DNA of 64,000 nt. Origin: the human T2T-CHM13v2.0 reference genome, Homo sapiens. The notes under the pieces were generated by a model. The model was not told the DNA's origin and did not search any database. It saw only the letters and a list, made by a program, of their open reading frames with translations. The DNA is taken from the NCBI RefSeq assembly GCF_009914755.1, contig NC_060926.1; one strand, written 5' to 3'. The translations under genes were made by a program, and so were the position numbers. Of the stretch, positions 13,914 to 26,830 are shown piece after piece; the first letter of the stretch is position 1; every line of letters starts with the position of its first letter.

Positions 13914-14494
13914 GTAAACATATTCCTGCTGCTGGTAAAAGGACTTAGGGTATTAATTAATACTCTTTATTGGGTTGTTCTATGAATATATAAGGTAACA
14001 TTTAAAGATAAATAACTGCAATACAGACATTCATTTATATTCTGGAGTTATTTTTAATATTTTTGAATCTCAGTGTCAGTGTGTTAATTAAGATGATTAT
14101 TTTAAAACATTTTACATTTAAATACACACTAACCAAAAGAAATACATTCAGTATCTGAATTATTCTTCCATGTTTGTGTCCTATTAGAAATGGTAGCTTT
14201 GAAGATATGCTTTAGATACTCTCAGAATTATTATTGTCTTTTCATATAGAAATCAAAGCTAGAGATTTCTAATCCTGTATTCATTTTGTTTATCAGTAAA
14301 ATATATTTTATAATTAAGTTCTTATCTCTGCTTTTTAATGCCCACTATTCGTCTAATATGCCTTTCTGTCCTGGCTGGTTTGCTTATAGGCTCTAACAAT
14401 GACCTTTAGTAACTTGCTGTGCTCTTGTCTATATCTGTATCATCTGTGTGAACTTAATAATACTTTGTTGCTTTTAACTATTTGTGTAATGTAG

Positions 14495-14587
14495 GCTAAC
14501 TGTGTAGATATTTCAAAGAAAGACAAGCGGGTCACAAGACGATGGAGAACAAAAAGTGTCAGCAAAGATACAAAAATACAACTGCAG
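14495..14587 (+). CDS. OSBPL6: OSBPL6 symmetric (likely cassette) exon, basic segment (ANCVDISKKDKRVTRRWRTKSVSKDTKIQLQ)
   Basis: Weak acceptor tgtaatgtag, CAG|GTACAG donor; 93 nt, phase 0-0, open frame. Confidence 0.88.
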
Positions 14588-17500
14588 GTACAGATTTTAC
14601 TTTTCCTTCATTCACGTTTCTACATATTTTTAAAGTACTAGTCTTTATACATCAGTTTATGGGTGTTAGATTGAAAGGGCAACTTAACTGCTTTAAAGCC
14701 AGCACTTTTCAAACTGTTACATTATCTAAAATAGTGGAAAATCTCTATATTTTTCTTACTCTGGCATAAGTGAGAAGGATTTAAAAGAAAGGTTAAAATT
14801 ATGCGATATGTGTTCAAAATGGCATTTTTATTCACAATTATAGCCTTTGAACCATTAAAATATATTTTAACAAAAAGTTACCTTAAAAATCTAGATTAAA
14901 AATCTAGTGGGTTATAATGAACACTCATTTAAAAATACTAGATTTTAAAAGGGACTTTTATGTGTCAGCTTTGTCCAAATGTTTTCTATCAAGAAAAAGT
15001 GTAGGAGGTTCAATAGATTAGAAATCAGCAAACCCAGATTCTAGTCTAATCACTGTGATTTTCTGGCAGTATAATTTCTTACATTTCTGTTAAATTTCCT
15101 GAGCTTTTGTTTGCTCCTGGGTAAAGTAATAGAGTTTATTTAATAAGCTCTGAATTATCTTTCAACTCTAAAATTCTATGATCCTACAAAAATAAATATT
15201 ATTTGGCTTTCAACAATCACCTTAAAATCTGAACTAAATTCTTAATAGCTTGTAATAAATGTACTTGAAATTTATTTGAAATAAATTATGTATTTGAAAT
15301 GAGTAATGTTCTTAAAGTAAGATCCTTTTATATTATTGTGTTGCAGTGATTCAAAATATGGTAGATTATGTCATAAACCATATTACTTTCAGATCTTTAA
15401 ACTAGAATCTCCATTATTCTCCTCCTAAATGCATATTATACATGGCCCTTATCCTGCACAATCAAGATTAGACTTTATGATTTGACTTTTTAAAATTATA
15501 CTACAAATAAATTTATATTCTAATACAAAGGTAGAAAGAAGTACTTTTCAGAATTCTTCAGTCCCTTCTGAATAATTAACAAAATAATTCTTCTCTAATT
15601 TTGACTTCATTAATAACATTCTTCATATTACGATTCTGACTGTGTAAATAACAAACTTGCTTTGCTTGCTAATCTGATATATTTGAAAATAAATTTTCAT
15701 AAGCACTAATACCCATGGTTTTTTTTTATTAGAATGTCTACATTCAATAAACACAACTTTTTGTGTTCCTTTGCTCAGTATGTTTCTGTGTGTTTTCCCT
15801 TCTGTTCATAAAATTAATATTGTAGGGACAGATGTGCCGAGTGATTTCACAAGAAAATTACTTAAAATTGCTTTTGGCAGTTTTATTGTTTTTGAACTTG
15901 TGAGTGTCTAGTTTTGTTTGTAAGTAAAAGAATCATTCCTCTAAATAAAATAATTGAAGAAGGCCTGCATCACAAGAAAGAACACATACACTTGTTAATA
16001 GATATTGTTTTAATCTTGTGTCTGTAGTGTATGCTATTGACCACATTCTTGTTCAGAGCTGTTGTCTTGGATAGGTTGGTTCTCAGTGAGTTGTAGTTCA
16101 ATGTCCCAGCTACCTTGCTGCATCTAGGAGCTCCACTAGAGACCCCCAAATCATTCTTTTTTTTTTTTTTTTTTTTCTGAAGGACACAGAATGCAACTGG
16201 GACTATACCACCTAGCCTCTCAGCCTGTGGTTTTACATAGACAGAAAAGTTATGAAGATTTTTTTGAGTCATCAGGAGAAAATGTCCAAAAAGCTAGAAA
16301 ATATTCATTCATACTTCCGCCACATCTTTGGGTGGTTCATTTGTTTTTAAATTTTTATTTATGCTATTTCACCTTGTTTGTGACTTTGCTAAGGGTAATA
16401 AAATGGCCTTTGTAATTCTAGTTTAGTTACTTTTGAGGGAAATTGAAATCATCTCATCCCTCAAAGACACTAAAAGACAACTGCCTATTGGAAGTGGGAG
16501 ATTTAGTTCCAATTCCAAGAAGAAACAAATAGACAGTAAGCTGTTAATCATTCCCAGAGAAACTCCACTTCCACCTGGACTAAAACAAAAGGTATTTTAA
16601 GGGGAACACAGCAGAGCTTGGTCCTATCTGTGGACCTTTTCTGCTTGCCCAAACCAACAGGTCTTGCAGGAGCCTCAGGATACTCATTCTCTACTACTGG
16701 GAAGTTCCTCCAAGATCCTTCAAAATTCACACTTGGCTAGGGAATCATAAGTTCATCTAGGATGAGTATGACAACAAGAAAATCTTTACTCAGTATTTTG
16801 CCTAGAGAGAGGCATAGCATCTAATTTTACTCTAGTGGATTAAAGATACCCGCCACTTTCTCCTACCTCATACCCAGCTTTTTCCCCTCCTGTTTTAAAT
16901 GTTTTGATCATGAGAATTCTATCTAATGAGTCCAAGTATTTGTTTTGAGTCAATGATCATCTCACCACTCAAACCACTTTCGCTGATGTTGCAGCCAATA
17001 TGAGAGGCTCTCAAGCAGTGAGAGCTCATTTTCTGTCCCCACTCTTCTTCGTAACTAAGTACAACAGCCATTGTGAAGGTGCCCAGACCATTCAGTGGTG
17101 GTGGTTGTGGTATTGTTGCTGCTGTTGTTGTTATCAATGTTGTGTTACTGAACTTTGTATTCAGTATTCCATAGTAGTTGTCATTTTGAAAAAATTTTAA
17201 ATAGATCATTAAAAAAATTGACCGCAAGAAAGTAAAAATGAAAAACATGTTATACTGGATGTTTGATTGCTTATTCTTGTGTAGGTTAGATTGTGCTATT
17301 GATTAAATGAGAAGGTTAAATTCTAGACTGGTATGGCCATGTTTCTACTGGAAACTATTGGGCAGTTGGCCTCAGAAATCCACATTGTATAACTCATGAA
17401 GTCAGCATTTGTCCTAGAGGGTTCTGTGGAGATTACCTTTTAGAATAAGGATTTCTTCTTGCCTCCTAAACTTCAAACTTCCTGGTTCGAATAAAAATCT

Positions 17501-18064
17501 CAGTACCATTATGCAGTAACAATTTGGCTGTGTTTTAAATGAAGTAAGAGGAAGGCAAGAAGGAAATGATTTTGAAAGAGCGGTTAGATCTCCTGTGTTG
17601 CTGATCATATGAATTAAATACTAGATCCCTGGATGTTGAAGGGAATGAGGAATAGTAGAAAGTACATAGTAGCAGACAGATGATCTTATGTTGCTCCTGT
17701 GTAGCTGTCCTGCATCTCATAGATGCTCAAATTACACTGAAGGGTGAGAATAAGTTCTTCCCCCTTTTACTACATTAAGTAGAAAGGATTTTGTCTAGAA
17801 ATTTTTTTTTGTGGAAAACAGATTATGTGTGTATGTATGTATGACAAACATATACATATATGTATGCAGAAGACTTATGAAGATGGAAAATAAATAAGAT
17901 CGTAATTTTGGAACTTTTTTGAAGATTTAGAGGTAGAAAAAGTTTAAATATTTTTCTGACATCCCAAAAAAAACTAAAGTGGTCCTACTGGTTCTTCAGT
18001 TTGGGCTGTTAGGAGATTCTAAGAAAGTATATCTTAATTATTTGGAAATGAAATTATTGCTCAT

Positions 18065-18228
18065 GGCTGGGCAAGGTGGCTCATGCCTGTAATCCCAGCA
18101 TGTCAGGAAGCCAAGGTGGGAGGGTCGCTTGAGGCCAGAAGTTCAAGGCTGCAATGAGCTATGATCGTGCCACAACACTCCAGCCTGGGCAACAGAGTGA
18201 GACCCTATCTCAAAAAAGAAAAAAAAAA
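18065..18228 (+). mobile_element. Alu monomer (FRAM/FAM-like)
   Basis: Single ~165-bp arm with A tail; TSD tattgctca. Confidence 0.85.
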
Positions 18229-19110
18229 GTATTGCTCACAACCTTGAGGTGTCAGGGTCTGTCAGATGGAGGCAAAGTTGAATGGTTAGAAGGAAATATC
18301 ATCATCCCTTAATCCCATCCACCAAGAAGAAGAAAACAAAATGAAAGAAAGCTGTAGGATTCTTCTACCGGTTTGTGCATAGGTGCACATTACTAAATGA
18401 AAACTATGCTTTCAGGTTTTCATAGTTGATTTTTATAGGCATTGTCCTCACCCACTGAGGAACTTAAGTTTTCTTTTCTGATCTTATGGGGTCTGGCATC
18501 TTCCTTGGAAAATTCTTAGACTTGAAAATCCCAGCACTCTTACTGATGTTGAGTCCCAGATAGTGAGCTGTATAATAGGAGATTAAGTAGGAAGTCGAAG
18601 AACCCTCATACCCTTCCCTTATTTTTTTTCTTCCAGTAAGAAATTAAAAAAACAAAAAAAATTCTGTCTGGCCATTATGAGGCTCTCATTACAACCTGTT
18701 CATTTTAGCCTTCCCACATTATTTCATCAGTTTTTCCTGAACTTACTTTTTCCTTGCTACCGTTTATTGAATACCTTTTGACTTCATATAACATGATATC
18801 ATATGAATAAAACAGTATGCATATTTATTTTACCTTAAAATCGCAGGCTGTCCATCAGTTTATAACTCCATCTCCTTTTGGGGTGTGGGTTATAGTCAGC
18901 AAATAGAATTCAGATGTTTGAGTAATGAGAATGATGAACATTTCTCATAGCATGAACTCCCCTGTGAGCGCTTTTCGATGCTGATTTAAGAAAAGTCGAC
19001 TTCAGTTAAAAACTCTCCCTCTCCTTGTCTGATTATCTTTCATCCTCCCATCTTCCATCCTTTCCTCCCCCATCCTGTGTTTCCTCCCCTCTTCTCCCAT
19101 TCACCGTCAG

Positions 19111-19185
19111 GAAGGGCCACCCGCGAAGGGCCAGTTCAGCACAACTCGGCGCCGGCAGAGGCTAGCGGCAGCAGTGGCTACAACA
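19111..19185 (+). CDS. OSBPL6: OSBPL6 alternative cassette exon (EGPPAKGQFSTTRRRQRLAAAVATT)
   Basis: Long C/T tract then ccgtcag acceptor, ACA|GTGAGT donor; 75 nt, phase 0-0; GC/CpG-rich within an AT-rich intron; matches my recollection of an ORP6 isoform insert. Confidence 0.85.
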
Positions 19186-22100
19186 GTGAGTGGATTTCAA
19201 TCTCAAGTGGAAGTTTAATAAGAATGAGAACCTGTGTACAAGGATGACTCCCCTGTCCTGATGGTGCCACTGGTGTGTGATGGCATCACCTGTAGCCCAA
19301 TCATGGCAGCATAGCTTTCACATGTTCTCTGGCTGTCTTTGCATGGCAGGAGTCGAACACGGGTATTCCTTTTTACAATGGAGAACTATTATATAATCTA
19401 GTTCTTCTACTATACATGAAGACATAATTTAAGTCAAATTTGCAAAATTGAGTACAGTGCCCCATGATGTGAGCTTTCCTTAAATTATATTGTTTTTTTT
19501 TCTTTTTGACCATACTGATATTGGAACTTTTGCTAACTGATTTCTCTTTTCCTAAGAAAAGTCATGTTACTACAGGCATAAATTGTGCTTTTTTTTGTAG
19601 CAGTGTGACTATTTGAAAAGGATGTGAGAATAAAGAAATGAGAGGGTAAGAAAAGGTGAATTTTGCTGTCATCTCTAAATGGCTACCCAAGTTACACTTA
19701 GCAAGGGAAAATTGTTTTCTGAAAAGAATATTGACATGAAAATTAGAAACTGTAGTGTGGAAATGACAAAAAAAAGACAGTTTTATGGTATTTAAATCCA
19801 TATCTAGAGGTTTTTTTTTCTGAGAGAAAATAGAATGGATTTAAGGAGAGTAGAGAACATATCGAGGTAGATAAGGCAAATGGATAGTGAGTGACTTGTC
19901 TACAGAATATAAAATAGACTATCAAAACACAAGAACTCCTTGCTGGATAAAAGCCAATTATAATATTTGTTTAATCATGAGCACCTATGAACATCTTAAA
20001 ATATAGATTACTGAGTTCACAGCAATCATAGATTTTAGTTTTTTGGCTATTAGATAATATTTCCTTAATTAACAGCAGTCTTGCTGTCACTAAGGGTGGA
20101 ATGTATTTTAAGACTAGAATTGCTGAAAAAATATGAAAAAGTTTTGGCTGCATTGCAGGAGAATGGATGCTGGTATGAGGATGGGTGGCTTTCTACTTTA
20201 TGATTAGTAATTGGCTCTTGCCTTATATGTGGGTGTTTAGCTAGACTGAGAAACAAATTTGCTTTTGATTATGAAATGAACCAGTGACTTGGAATTTATT
20301 AGGGAAATGACTCTTAAACTCACAGTTTTGTAAACATTTGAACAAACAAATTATTGAAATAGCTTTCATGGTCCATGTATATCTTATGCATGTATTCAAA
20401 TGCAGATGAATAAATCCCATGACACTGATGTGGTAACAGATTCTGACAATAGATGCATATATAATCAGTTAAATATTATTAAAGGTAATTTTCCATTTAT
20501 AAAATTAAGAAATACACATGGTTATTAGAGAGAGAACAACAACTTAGTATGGAAAGGAACAGTCCATCATTTTATGAAAACACTGTTTTCTTAAGCAATA
20601 TACATCTAAGATGGCATGCAGAGAAGTGATTCTGTCTCTTCTGTGTTCATTCTTTTAAATTGCAGATACATACAGTGAATATAATAAAACTGAGATTAGC
20701 ACCTATTTGAATAGAATGGGTTTATATTTTTAAAATTGAGAGTAGAAGAGAAAAAGCCTTTAAAAGAAGAAATCATTAATGCCCACCTCCCAGGGTGACT
20801 ATAGAAGTTACGAGAAAAACTTTGCAGCATGTAGTAAGAAAAGCTACTGGCAACATTTAATAAGGTATTCAGGAATAACTAGGGGGACTGGCTACTCCAG
20901 GATCTATAGCTTTGTCTCCATACCAAAATGCAGCAACATCTAGCAGATGTTTCAGAAATTTGCTCTTGATGACTCTTAGCACTAGCATTCAGAACAGCCA
21001 ACTCACAGCAGCAGCCAGACCCAACAGAACAGGAGACTGGAAAAAGATAAATACTGGCTCTTTCCCATGGAAGAACACTGAGGATCCCAATGCAGTCAGT
21101 ACCCTCAAAGAATCCCTGTACACATAGTGCAGAACAGCAACAGCAGGAGACTTTTCCCACTGGCTCGATGAGTCCTGTAAGCATAGTATCTATCTTAGAC
21201 CTACTGTGTAGACTTTCATGTCTACCGTTGCTGAATTTCACTGTCAGCAACTCCATTGTCAATTCATTTCACTTTTGACTTATTCATGGACAGGACTTAA
21301 GAGCATCTCCTAATGTCCCCATTCCAAACTTCAGTTCTTACTACCAGAATATTCTACGATCAGGCTTCCCTCCTTTCACAGGACTTCAAGAAAGCCTTGG
21401 ATTTCTTTCCTGCGCAGGGTAGAAAGGCCCAAATTGAGTGTTGAGGGTTCTCAGGTATCAACATGGAGAGCTGTAGGCAGCTCCCACTCCAACCATCACT
21501 GACAGAGAAACCAGTTACCACTTAGATTTTTGAATCCTATAATACCCAAATTGATGAATAAAAAGCTAAGTAAATAAGTCCCCAGTCTGAACAGATATTC
21601 AATTAGGGTTAGATTAATACATCCCAATTTGTACTCTCAATTTCATTTCATGAATTCCTCAATTAAAATGGCCCATTCCACGTACCTCTTTTAACAAAAA
21701 AAAGTATACCAATATATAAACATTTTCAGTCAGAAGTATGTGAAAATTAGTTCTCAATTCCCAGGGAACCATCTGATTGCAATTTGAATGGAACATTCAA
21801 GTCTCTTTCCCTGTGGGTAATATGCAAAACCACTTTTACTGTTTTAATAGCCAATTTAAGTTTCCATTGTGTTCAAAATATAAATTTGTAACTTACATTT
21901 TTCTTCTCAGTATCTGACTCCAACATTTAATAGAGAAATAATAATTTATCTCAGGGACAAGTCTGGGTCCTTCCTGGACTCCCTGGGTTTTCACTGCATA
22001 ATGGCCTCCTATACAAGCTTCCCGCCAACTCTCATGACCCCATTCCTCACCCGCTAGAGGAAGAGACTCCTCTTCCAAGCCATGTGAGTCCTCGGAGTGT

Positions 22101-24048
22101 TGAGGGCACCTGAATGCAGATAAAATCCTTTTCCATGATCCTCAACATATTACCAAAGACCCGCATTTATTTTTTTTAATGTTGTTCTAGTTCCTTATAT
22201 CAGAAAACTGTACCATTAATTCTGAAAACTCCCAGATCTACCTATTTTTTCCACTCACAGTCTCTCCCCATGACATCCTAATCTCCAGCAACTTTTCCAT
22301 GGAGTCTGTGTCCCTCAATGGGCTGACTGCTCTTTCTAGATTGAGCATCACCACAGTTAGGGTCTGAACTTCCTTTCTCTGTCTTCTGACATTCTGCCAC
22401 ATAAATACCATTCCTTTGTAGGTATCCTAAAAGGTCCTCAGTCCTTGTTATTATTAAGTTACCTGGACAGGATTCCAGCAGAGTATTGAACCCCAGCACT
22501 CCATTTTCTTAAATGGCTTATTGGCCACTTCTGGGTCTCAAATCTAGAATAGCCAGAAATTTTCAGCCTGATAATATTGATAAACAAGCTGTTTAACAAT
22601 CATCTCCCAGCCCAGTGTAGCCAAGTTCTCCAAAGAAGATGAGGTAGGGTTCCTTTGATAACTCCAGATACCAAATGATTCAAATAACATATATTAGCAT
22701 GCTTAGCTTAGCTGAATTTTGGGGAGGGAAAAGCTTCATGCTCACTTTCTTCCCCAGTAAGTCCTGGATATCTTTTAAGAGAAATAAATCCCTGCCAGGA
22801 CAATGCTGCATCAGAAGGACGCTCTGTCTCAACTGCCCTTAACCTGCAGCTCAGGCCAGATATTTTGATTCTTTCCATCTCTTCCATGTGTCCTCTAAAT
22901 CCTCGGAGAAAAAGTGCCCTCTTCTCCTTCCCCCTTTCTCTCACCAAATAGGAAGTTTAAAGCAAAAACCAAAAAATTAAAAAAGAAGAGGTCCTGACAT
23001 ACATATCCATCAGAAGGTAATGGTTCCTTCCTCCCACAGCACATTCCCTGTTAGCCAGGGGGTGTGAATTAACCTATCAGTTACACAAAATTTCAACTTG
23101 TGGTGGAGTCTAAGAGTCTGGTTCTTGAAGATAATTGAATGCACGTCTTTGCAGTAAGAAATAGGGAAAAGTTGTTTGTGATCTGATTTGCAGGAAGAAT
23201 TGGTATTTTCCTTTTCCAGGAATGTTTGGCTGACATTTGTAATGTTCAGGTAAAGCCTTCTTAAAGGGGAGGAAAAGGTGCTTTGCCTCCACCAATCAGG
23301 AACCTAGTCCATATCCAGCCTGGGCAAGGAAGTACCTCTAGCCATGTGGAAAAATCTATAGTAATATGACTTTTTCTACTTACTGCTTCTCAGTATTGGC
23401 TGGTTCATGAGCCATGTGCATATATGTAATAGAGTTGTGTGTAACATACAAAGGTAAACCACAGAGATTTATATCATATATATTTCATTTACTAATATAG
23501 ATTTTAATAAGTCAGTTTCCAAAATAAGTATGAGTCTCTTTAAGCCATTACTGTATTTCCTGTTAAGCCTGATTTGTTTTTTATTTAACGGCTACAGAGT
23601 AAGTGAATCTTCCAGTATATGCATCTCTTGAATTTTCACAGGTTTAGTAAGATCCTGCTCCAGGATCAGATAGTCCAGACTGTAAGAGAAGGTCAGCTAC
23701 ATCACAGTTCAGACTGCTGTTTTTCTGCCAGTTATTTTTGAGGTGCAAGTATGAGTTCAGAGTTTAAGCTTGCTTGGGATTATGTCTTTTCTTCCTGTCA
23801 TTCTATAGTTATTTCTCTCTGTAGCAGTGAAAAATTGGTGAGTCTGTGGCAGTTCTAAATCAACAATGGAAAATGAGACTCCCTCTTCCCACCCCAACTG
23901 CCTGCAAAATAAATGAGTACTGAGTGTCTCCAAGTGTGTTATCAGAGAGGAATCTATTATTTTGAAGAATGGGAGAGGTCTTTTCTATGTAGGAGAATGT
24001 GAAACAATGCACTGTTGCTGTTTAATAATTTGTATCTTCCCCTTTCAG

Positions 24049-24214
24049 GTTCCTTTCAGTGCTACCATGTCACCAGTTCGCTTGCATTCCTCCAACCCCA
24101 ACCTTTGTGCAGATATTGAATTTCAGACTCCCCCTAGCCACCTCACTGACCCTCTGGAAAGTTCAACAGATTATACAAAGCTGCAAGAAGAATTTTGTCT
24201 AATCGCACAGAAAG
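24049..24214 (+). CDS. OSBPL6: OSBPL6 exon (VPFSATMSPVRLHSSNPNLCADIEF...QEEFCLIAQK)
   Basis: cccctttcag acceptor, AAG|GTAAGA donor; 166 nt, phase 0-1; RLHSSNPNL motif of the ORP3/6/7 subfamily. Confidence 0.95.
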
Positions 24215-24589
24215 GTAAGAACAAAAATAATGCGCCCTTTAAAGAAGCTCTCTTCTTTGATGAAAGATTATCCTTTGTTCTTTTATCTTTGTCTTTGTGG
24301 TAATGATAGAAAGATTAAATGGTTGGATATAGTGGTTGAAGTTCTATATACAAAAATGCAACAGGACATGATGCTTGCCTGTTGGAAGATCACACATCAC
24401 AGGTTTACAGTTTTGACTAAAGAAAGAAAGTGCCATGGGGTTGGGGATAAAAAGTTATTGTACGCAATCTGGCAAGATACTACTACTCAACATTTTTTTC
24501 AATGTCTCTCGGTTATCATTTAATACGTATTTATTGGTTCTCTTTAGATTCTGTTTATTTCTTTTTTTATTAAATAACACTCATGTATT

Positions 24590-24950
24590 GGACTTTACAA
24601 TTTGTGGGTCGGGAATTCAGGCAGGGCTCAGCTAAGCAGCAAAGCCTCTGTGCCAGATGTCTTTGACTAGCCCCAGTCACTGGGATTCGGCTGCAGGCTG
24701 AGCTGGGCTGAAAGACGCAAGGTAGCTTCCCTCCTGTGCCTAGCACGTTGGCACGACAGCTGGAAGGCTGCACACAACTGTGCCCCCTTCCTCTCCATGG
24801 CAGCTTAGGGTTCCAAGAGCCTGGTAGTGGAAGCTGCACGTCCTCTTCAAGGCCAGCTCTGGAACTGGTGCAGCCTTCTACTTCCATTGTATTCTATTGG
24901 TCAAAGCACCATAGGCCAGCTCAGATTTGAGGGGAAATTGATCCCACATT
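24590..24950. mobile_element. MLT1-type MaLR LTR remnant
   Basis: gggtcgggaattcaggcagggctcagct..attctattggtcaaagca..aggccagctcagatttgagggg are typical MLT1F/G/H segments. Confidence 0.7.
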
Positions 24951-26475
24951 TGAGCCTCTTCTTTATGTTAAATTTTCAGTGAGGCTTGTTGTATAAATTA
25001 AATTGTTATAATCAGCCGCAGAGAGTAGGCTATGGTAAATAAGCAGGATAGTGGAGAGTAGATGGACTGAGCAGTCCTGTCAATGTTTAACAAGAAGAGT
25101 CTAGGCTCCCTATACTGCCAGAGTATTGAACTTTCAGCCACTCAAGTTTGTTCTTAAGATAGTATCTTCTCAGGCGTTGTCTTTTAAAATCTTCTAGAGA
25201 GAGATAAACATTGTATTGCTTTTCGTCACAAATATGTTAAATAGAACACCTCAGGTGCCTCCCTGAGACTCAACAGCCTGGTGGAAAAGAAGGGGGCACA
25301 CTGAAGATCTCTCTGGAAATGTTGAATCAGCCAACATTTGCAATCTCAAACCATCCGCAAAAATATGCTGTCAGATTTCATTAATTCTATGATTCTAAAA
25401 ACAATTAAGCTAAACCCCTTAGATTTCTCAATTGAGACTCTTCTGTAAGGCCAGCTCTCTCTTACCTGCCATTTTACTCCTGGTGTATGTTCATTGCATT
25501 TCTTAGCTGGATATTAATTATGATATTAGACTAGAGCAATATTAATTTGTTTATGTAACAGCATAGATTTATAGCCAGTAACTTCTACTTTGGGGAAGGA
25601 GGTGCAAAAGGTAGAGTGTGACCACAGATGTGTGAGTTGAATATATGAGTATGGCACAGCTGCTAAGGGGAGATGGTACTTTGGAAGGCAGCCCCAGGAA
25701 AACTTTGTGTATTTGGTTGCAATTCTGAAGCTTCCAGGAAATCCAAGCATCAACAGAGTTTTAAGGCTTCTGTTGAATGATACATCACATTAACCAACTG
25801 AAAGACAAAAACCACATAATCATGTCATTTGCAGCAAAAGCATTTGTCAAAGTTCAATACTCTTTCTTGATAAAAAAAACACTCTTAATGGTTTAGGTGT
25901 AGAAGGAAAGTTTCTCAATATATTATAATAAAGGTCCTTTATTAAAAACACACAGCTAACATCACTTAGTGGGGAGAAATGGAAAGCTTTTCCTCTAAGA
26001 TCTGGTACAAGGCAAGGTGGCCCACTCCTCCTGCTTCTGTTCAACATGGTACTGGAAGTACTATCAAGAGCAATTAGACAACAAAAAGAAATAAAAGGTA
26101 TCCAAATAAGAAAGGAAGAAGTAAAATGATCTCTATTTGCAAATGACATGATCCTATGTGTAGAAAACCCAAAAGATGCCACCAAGAAACTGTTAGAGCT
26201 AATGAATGAATTCATTAAAGTTGCAGGATATACAATGAACATACAAAACCCTGTTATTCTATACACGAATAACAACATAGCTAAAAAAGAAATCAAGATC
26301 TATCCTATTTATGATAAAATAAAATACTTAGGAATAAACTTAAGCAAGGAGTTGAAAGACCTGTACACTGAGAACTATAAAAAAAATTGGTGAAAGAAAT
26401 TAAAGAGGACACAAATAAATGAAAGATATTCCATACTCATGGATCAAAAAGTTATGTTGTTAGAATGTTCATACT

Positions 26476-26830
26476 TGCAGCCATAAAAAAAGAACAAGAT
26501 CACGTGTTTTGCATGAACATGGATGGAGCTAGAGGTTATTATCCTCAGCAAACTGACGCAGGAACAGAAAACCAAATACCACGTGTTCTCACTACAAGTG
26601 GGGGCTAAATGATAACAACTTATGAACACAAAGAAGGAAACAACAAACACTGGAGCCTATTTGAGGGTGGAGGGTGGGAGGAGGGAGAGGAACAGAGAAG
26701 ATAATTATTGGGTACTGGGCTTAATACCTGAGTGATGAAATAATCTGTACAATGAACCTCCATGACACATGTTTGCCTATGTAACAAACCTTCACATATT
26801 ACCCCCAAACCTAAAATAACAGCTAAAAAA
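26476..26830 (+). mobile_element. Older L1PA (about PA13-16-like) 3' end inserted in the host L1
   Basis: gcagccataaaaaagaac..atggatggagctagagg..tatgtaacaaaccttcaca..cctaaaataa; TSD tcatact on both sides. Confidence 0.8.

Noticed and set aside
16150-16415. Poly-T followed by ctgaag as a cryptic acceptor with a 74-aa ORF
   Set aside because: No convincing downstream donor or protein similarity
20879-21278. 127-aa Cys-rich minus-strand ORF and overlapping plus-strand ORFs
   Set aside because: No recognisable domain, no true ATG start or splice support; Cys runs come from (CAG/CAA)-rich + strand sequence
21893-22078. HESWREACIGGHYAVKT faintly resembles the Gypsy integrase HHCC first half (H..GGHxG.KT)
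   Set aside because: His spacing is wrong, and no CxxC or DDE core was seen nearby; a Dfam/tBLASTn search would be needed
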